A stretch of 62,834 nucleotides of DNA, the filler included. It is 10 parts of 10 records of this genome, joined end to end, with 100 filler letters (N's around TTAATTAATTAA, not from the genome) between each part and the next. Parts side by side here need not be neighbours in the genome. Positions count along the whole stretch, not along the records: positions 56,678 to 62,834 come from SRR31147125_39321; 9 more parts are not named here. One strand, written 5' to 3'. Both the position numbers and the translations under genes were made by a program. Below, one piece after another: positions 57,281 to 62,834 of the stretch (position 1 is its first letter; every line of letters starts with the position of its first letter). The notes below the pieces were generated by a model that was not told the origin of the DNA, did not search any database, and was given only the letters and a program-made list of their open reading frames with translations.

Positions 57281-57443
57281 GATCTCTCCATCGGATATAC
57301 CCCTTAAGATTGCCGCCTAAGGGATCAAATTTCCATGACTTTTTCACGGATAGGGGGTATGATTCATAGTGTACCCTCTTTGCCGTTCTTTCGCAATCCA
57401 CACCTGTTCCCGGACTTTGATCATCCATTTTTAAGGAGGAAAT

Positions 57444-58532
57444 ATGGCAGACACCATTCTGGTCACCGGGGCAACCGGATTTTTAGGATCTGTACTCTGT
57501 GCGGACCTTTCCCGGGACCACCGGGTGATCGGACTTTACAGGCGCCACCCCTCCCCCCGGCTGAAACGGGCGGCCCCCTCTGTTCGCTGGGTTAAAGGAG
57601 AGGTGGCGGACAGGGACTGCCTGGACTGGGCCTTCAGGCAGTGCCGCGACAGGGGCACGCCTGTCACCTATGTCATCCACTTTGCCGCATTCACGGGATT
57701 CGGGGAAAAATGGGAGGATGAGTATACAGACACCAATGTCATCGGCACCAAAAACATCATTGAGGCGGCCCGGGATGCCGGGGCAAGACGGATCCTCTTT
57801 GCCGGGAGCATTGCGGCTCTAAATCCCCCGGCTCCGGGAGAGGCGCTCACGGAAAAGGATGCCGCCTCAGGAGAGGTGGCCTATGCCAGAAGCAAGGCCA
57901 TGGGAGAAGAACTCCTCCAGAAAAACGCCCACAGAATCCCGGCGGTGGTGCTGCGCCTGGGGGGGGTCTTTACGGATTTTTGCGAACTGCCCCCCCTGTT
58001 CAGCGTCATCAAGCTCTGGTCCATGCCCCTTGCAGGACGAATGATGCCGGGCAAAGGCCTGTCCGGGTTCCCCTATATCCACAGAAAAGATGTCACGGCC
58101 CTGGTCCGGCGGATCCTGGAAAAAGACCGAAACCTTGACCGGTTTGAAACCCTGTTCGGGGCCCCGGCCGGCGCCACCTGCCAGAAAGAACTCTTTCCCC
58201 TCATCCGCCGGGCATGCGGGAACAATTTTTCCACCCGGCCGGTCCATGTGCCCCTCCCTGCTGCCAAGATGGTCCTCCACGGCAAATATCTTATCAATAC
58301 CCTTCTGGGCCAAAACACCTATGAACGGGCATGGATGATCGACTATGCCGACCGCCCCCTTGTGGTGGACACCACCCATACCCACAGAATTCTGGGCTGG
58401 TCCCCCACCCCGGGCCTGGACATCCTTGCCCGCCTTCCCAAAATCATGGCCAATTTCAAGGCGGCCCCCCGGGCCTGGACCTGCCGGAACATCAAAAGAA
58501 ACGACCAGAAATATGAATTTGATCCGGACTGA
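57444..58532 (+). CDS. NAD-dependent epimerase/dehydratase family protein
   Basis: TGATGFLG, HFAA, NVIGT and YARSK motifs. Confidence 0.88.
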   Translation: MADTILVTGATGFLGSVLCADLSRDHRVIGLYRRHPSPRLKRAAPSVRWVKGEVADRDCLDWAFRQCRDRGTPVTYVIHFAAFTGFGEKWEDEYTDTNVIGTKNIIEAARDAGARRILFAGSIAALNPPAPGEALTEKDAASGEVAYARSKAMGEELLQKNAHRIPAVVLRLGGVFTDFCELPPLFSVIKLWSMPLAGRMMPGKGLSGFPYIHRKDVTALVRRILEKDRNLDRFETLFGAPAGATCQKELFPLIRRACGNNFSTRPVHVPLPAAKMVLHGKYLINTLLGQNTYERAWMIDYADRPLVVDTTHTHRILGWSPTPGLDILARLPKIMANFKAAPRAWTCRNIKRNDQKYEFDPD

Positions 58533-58735
58533 TCCTGGGGCCTTGACAAATCAAGGGGAAAATCATTATAAAATCCTTGTATCAATGCCGGACGGTTTGT
58601 AATCGCCCAAATTGCTTTTCACTTTTTCAGCCTATCCTCATCGCCGGACCTGAGTTCGCCTTCCTCTCTGTTCCCCGTTGGCGCCGGTTTAAAAGGGGTT
58701 CAAACATCTTTTTTCCTAAATTTCAGGAGGCAAAC

Positions 58736-60994
58736 ATGAGAGGTCATTTTTCCCGTCTGGGAATCATCCTGGGGATATTTCTGCTGCTTGCGGCACAAAT
58801 ATGCCCGGCCGTGCCCAGCCAAATCAATTTCCAGGGACGCCTTGAAGATTCACAGGGCCCGGTCAACGGCAGCGTAACCATGAGTTTCCGCCTGTTCAAC
58901 ACGGCCTCAGGGGGGCTTGCCCTCTGGGAAGAAACCCAGGATGTCTTCCTGGACCGGGGGCATTATAACGTCATCCTGGGCACGGGAACACCCAATGCGG
59001 CTCTGGATCCCCTTGAAGCAGTTGTGTTTGCAAACAACGCCCTGTGGCTGGAAGTTCAGATTGATGGGGAACCGGGACCCATGGCCCCCCGCCAGGCAAT
59101 GACCAGCGTGGGGTTTGCCCTGAGGGCGGCCACCGTATCCGACGGGGCCGTAACCGTGGACAAACTGGCTGACAATGCCGTAAATACAGAAAAAATCGCC
59201 GACGGCGCGGTCACGGCCGCCAAGGTCACAGGCGGCTCCGGGTCCGGCCTGAATGCCGACCTTCTGGACGGAAAGTCCGCCGAGCATTTCGGTTCTGCAG
59301 GGGCAGTGGCCGCCCATGAGGCCCAAATCGCGGCCCTTCAATCCAGTGTCGCCTCATTGCAGGAGGAAATCGGGAATTTAAAAGCCCTGCTGGCCGGTGT
59401 CAGCCGGAACGATTCGGATATTGTGTTCACCGGGGTCAATCTGAAAATCGTCAACGGCATGGGAATTACCACCGCCACCAACGGCAAAGGCAACCTCATC
59501 GTGGGATACAACGAATTCCGTGGCAGCATGGATATCAGAACCGGTTCCCACAATATCATCCTGGGCAAACAGAATAATTTCGACTCATTCGGCGGGTTTG
59601 TGAGCGGGAAAAACAATTGGGTCAACGGGCAATACGCCTTTGTGGGGGGCGGCAGCTCAAATCTGGCTGCAGGGTCGTACTCCGCCATGGTCGGAGGCAC
59701 GGGCAATACCACCTACGGCCGGTTTGCCACTGTGACCGGAGGCAGCGCCAACACCGCCTCAGGACAAGCGTCCAGCGTTTCAGGCGGGCAGTCCAATACA
59801 GCCTCGGGCGAAACAGCCAGCATATCAGGCGGTAAATCCAATTTGGCCTCAGGTGCCCAGGCATCGGTGAGCGGCGGCCAGTCCAACAGGGCCATACAAA
59901 ACACCTCAAGCGTCAGCGGCGGCCTGTCCAACAGGGCCGAAGGGGTTTCATCATCCGTCAGCGGCGGCAGGTCAAATGAGGCAGTGGGCACATTGTCATC
60001 GGTCAGCGGGGGCTACAACAATGAGGCAAACGGCACAGGGGCGTGGATCGGCGGCGGCCAATCCAACACGGCCGACGGGGATCATGCCGTGGTTGCCGGC
60101 GGACGGAACAATCAGGCAACGGGCAGCCACGCCTATGTGGGCGGCGGCGGCGGGGAAAATGCAGGGGACGGCAACATGGCCCTGGCCGACTATTCCGCCA
60201 TCCTGGGCGGATTCAACAATGTCGCAGGAGATGCCGTCCTGGTCAACAATATCACCCTGGGACGCTATGCCCTCACACCGGGCACCAACCATGAATCGGC
60301 CATCTACGCCACGGTAAGCGGGGGCAGCCTCAATATGGCCAAAGGACGGTCTGCCAGCGTCCTGGGCGGCTATACCAACAAAGCATACGCAGACTGGTCC
60401 GCCATTGCAGGCGGCCATTCCAACCGTGCCAATGGAGAGTATTCGGCCGTGGGCGGGGGCATGGACAACTATACCCACGGCACCTATACCTCCATCAGCG
60501 GGGGACGGGGCAATGCCGCCGGTAATAATGCCTCATGGATCGGTGGCGGCAAGAACAATCAGGCATACGGAAGCTATACCGCGGCTGCCGGCGGCAGCTT
60601 CAACCATGCGTTTGGAAGCTATGCCACGGTCATTGGAGGCGGCCTGGACGACAGCAGCCAGGGATACAGCAACCTGGCAGCATCACCCTACTCCACGGTG
60701 GTGGGCGGAATCAAAAATGTAACCGGAGCGGACGGCGACTATTCCACAGCCGTGAATGCCGTGGTCTGCGGGGGGTATAGAAACCGGGCCAGCCAGCGGT
60801 ACGCCACGGTGACCGGCGGAAACAGCAACACGGCCAGCGGCCCCAGTTCCAGCGTCAGCGGCGGCATCAATAACACGGCCAGCGCAAGTTATTCCAGCGT
60901 CACCGGCGGGGGAGACAATACCGCAAATACGGCCCGGAAGACTGTGGTGGGAGATGCAGGCAACACCTATGTTGACACAACAAAACTGCCTTAA
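58736..60994 (+). CDS. Secreted Gly/Ser/Asn-rich 15-residue repeat protein (beta-solenoid fibre/adhesin-like)
   Basis: AGGAGG RBS before ATG 58736, signal peptide, VPSQINFQGRL N-domain, coiled coil and about 26 xxVxGGxxNxAxGxx repeats. Confidence 0.75.
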   Translation: MRGHFSRLGIILGIFLLLAAQICPAVPSQINFQGRLEDSQGPVNGSVTMSFRLFNTASGGLALWEETQDVFLDRGHYNVILGTGTPNAALDPLEAVVFANNALWLEVQIDGEPGPMAPRQAMTSVGFALRAATVSDGAVTVDKLADNAVNTEKIADGAVTAAKVTGGSGSGLNADLLDGKSAEHFGSAGAVAAHEAQIAALQSSVASLQEEIGNLKALLAGVSRNDSDIVFTGVNLKIVNGMGITTATNGKGNLIVGYNEFRGSMDIRTGSHNIILGKQNNFDSFGGFVSGKNNWVNGQYAFVGGGSSNLAAGSYSAMVGGTGNTTYGRFATVTGGSANTASGQASSVSGGQSNTASGETASISGGKSNLASGAQASVSGGQSNRAIQNTSSVSGGLSNRAEGVSSSVSGGRSNEAVGTLSSVSGGYNNEANGTGAWIGGGQSNTADGDHAVVAGGRNNQATGSHAYVGGGGGENAGDGNMALADYSAILGGFNNVAGDAVLVNNITLGRYALTPGTNHESAIYATVSGGSLNMAKGRSASVLGGYTNKAYADWSAIAGGHSNRANGEYSAVGGGMDNYTHGTYTSISGGRGNAAGNNASWIGGGKNNQAYGSYTAAAGGSFNHAFGSYATVIGGGLDDSSQGYSNLAASPYSTVVGGIKNVTGADGDYSTAVNAVVCGGYRNRASQRYATVTGGNSNTASGPSSSVSGGINNTASASYSSVTGGGDNTANTARKTVVGDAGNTYVDTTKLP

Positions 60995-61113
60995 CCCCGG
61001 ATTCACCCCGTCACGAACTGTTTGAAAGGAGAAACACATGAACCACAATTAAGCGGTTGACAGCCTGCCTGCCTTGGCGTATCCATACGGGTCAACCTTT
61101 TCAGGCAGGGAGA

Positions 61114-62834
61114 ATGGACAGGAACACCAGCACAGATATCCGGTCATGGGTTTTATGGGGATGCATTTTCCTTGTAACCGTCCTGGATCTGAATTCCGTC
61201 CATTCCCGTTCCCTCATTGTGGGCTCTGACAAGGCCTATCCCCCTTATGAATTTCTCAACCCTGACGGCGTGCCTGACGGGTTTAACGTGGACATTGTCA
61301 AAGCCGTGGCAGAAGTCATGGGCCTTAAGATCGAAATAAGGGCCAATACCTGGAATCTAATCCGGCACCAGATCGAATCCGGCGACATCGACATGGTCTC
61401 AGGCATGTTCTATTCCGAGGAAAGGGATAAAAAGGTGGATTTTTCCACCCCCCACCTCACCGTTTCCCACGCCGTTTTTGTCCGCCATGATTCAGACATC
61501 CAGGGGCTTGAGGATATCCATGACAAGGTCATCATTGTCCAGAAAAACGATATCGGCCATGATTTTATCCTGGAAAACCGGTATTCCAACCGGATCATCA
61601 CCACAGACCAGTGGACCGATACGGTGGAGCTTCTGGCCAAGGGCGGGGGAGACTGTGCCATCCTTTCCCGGCTCCAGACCCTCGTCTATACCCAGACCCA
61701 CAAAATCCGCAACCTCAAGGTGGTGGGGCCGCCCATCAAGCCCAAAGCATACTGCTTTGCCGTGGCCGAAGGCGATGAACTCCTCTTGGCCCAGCTCAAC
61801 GAAGGCCTAAGCCTGATCAAAAGTTCAGGACAATATGACAGGATCTACAACCGCTGGTTCAACAAATGGGAAAAACACTCTTTTATCAAAACCTACCTGG
61901 TTTACGGGGTCTCTATCCTGGCGGGCATGGCTGCGCTTCTGGGCCTGCTGCTGACCTGGTCCTGGTCCCTGAAACGCAGGATCCGGCTGGCCACCGAAGA
62001 CCTCAGGCTGGAGCGGGACGCCTCCTTCGGCATTATCCAGAATTCCCCCACCCTTATCGCCACCCTGGGATCCGACGGCAGGATATTGTCCGTCAATCCT
62101 TCCGGGGAAGCCATTCTCGGAGAAAATGAAGCCCGCATCACCGGGACGAACTGGAAATCCTTTCTGGATGCCGGGGCCCGGGAAGCCGGGTATCGATTCT
62201 GGAATGATGTGTTCAAGGGGACCAAAAATCTGGACAATATCCTGGTCTCCATCCGGACCCGGGACAATCGTGTAAGACGCATCTCATGCACCACCTTTGC
62301 CCGGCAGGATCCCAAAGGGAGCCATATCATCCTTTTCGGCGATGACTTCACAGAACAGAAACAGGCGGAAGCGGCCTTAAGCGAAAGCCAGAGAAAACTG
62401 GCCACCCTGATCAACAACCTTCCGGGCATGGCATACAGGGGATTGAACGACCATGAGCGGACCATGTCCTTTGTCTCTGAAGGGTCCCGTTACCTGACCG
62501 GGGTGCCCAGATCCGAGTTGATTTTCTGCTACAAGCAGTCCTACGGGGACTTCATTCATCCCCAGGACCGCCCCCGGGTCCGGTCTATCATGAACCGGGC
62601 CGTGAAGGCCCGGACCCCCTTTCAGATGGAATACCGGCTGGTAACGGCCCTGGGAGAAAAAAATGGGTATGGGAACAGGGCGTGGCCGTGGGCAGTTCAG
62701 AAGGAGGCCTATTCTCCATTGAAGGCTTTATTACGGACATCAGCGGACGCAAACAGGCAGAAGCCCGGCAGAAACGCTTGGAAGACCGTCTGAGGCAGGC
62801 CCATAAAATGGAGGCCATCGGCACCCTTGCCGGG
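61114..62834 (+). CDS. Sensor histidine kinase with extracytoplasmic SBP_bac_3 domain and PAS domains (3' truncated, frameshift near 62660)
   Basis: YPPYEF..GFNVD binding domain, TM segment, two PAS domains (NLPGMAYR, IHPQDR); the shifted frame ends QAHKMEAIGTLAG. Confidence 0.88.

Noticed and set aside
59630..60935. 45-nt periodicity as a possible CRISPR array or DNA repeat
   Set aside because: Degenerate at DNA level and fully explained by the protein repeat; I saw no CRISPR array, cas gene, tRNA or rRNA in the window
2300..62665. Numerous split genes suggesting programmed frameshifting, phase variation or mass pseudogenisation
   Set aside because: Single-base indels fall mostly at homopolymers, across unrelated organisms and in ordinary metabolic genes; sequencing or assembly error is the simplest explanation

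Overview
This window is not one locus. It is ten unrelated contigs joined by a synthetic 100-nt spacer (N44-TTAATTAATTAA-N44), so neighbourhood arguments hold only within a contig. Taxon labels are inferred from gene content and composition only. (1) 1-5812, AT-rich, Bacteroidetes-like: serine hydrolase, CPBP protease, NTF2-like protein and mobile-element-like remnants. (2) 5913-11572, Desulfuromonadales-like: rnfE, nitroreductase, flavodoxin-like protein, atypical response regulator, PDRP, prmA, rsmE. (3) 11673-18365, Clostridia-like: nadE, GT-C-like membrane protein, AI-2E transporter. (4) 18466-28157, Desulfobacterales-like: TRAP transporter, acyl-CoA ligase and thiolase operon. (5) 28258-33467, EUKARYOTIC: part of an inner-arm axonemal dynein heavy chain gene with 17 complete 44-66 nt GT-AG introns, none of whose donors has A at +4. 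(6) 33568-40145: sugar/polyol ABC transporter, LacI regulator, TPP enzyme. (7) 40246-45357: a formate-dehydrogenase-alpha-like protein with all three catalytic residues replaced, coupled to an AsrA/Flx-like Fe-S subunit and divergent from an NtrC-family regulator. (8) 45458-51459, Clostridia-like: EamA, radical SAM, MerR/TipAS, TusA-like, FAD oxidoreductase, lgt. (9) 51560-56577, Bacteroidetes-like: sulfatase, aromatic-acid MFS, Zn dehydrogenase, esterase. (10) 56678-62834, Desulfobacter-like: flavin oxidoreductase, epimerase, a secreted 15-residue Gly-rich repeat protein and a sensor kinase. Many bacterial genes carry single-base frameshifts, mostly at homopolymers, which are most likely sequencing errors. 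The best leads are the catalytically altered FDH-like complex and the unusual splice signals of the protist dynein gene.
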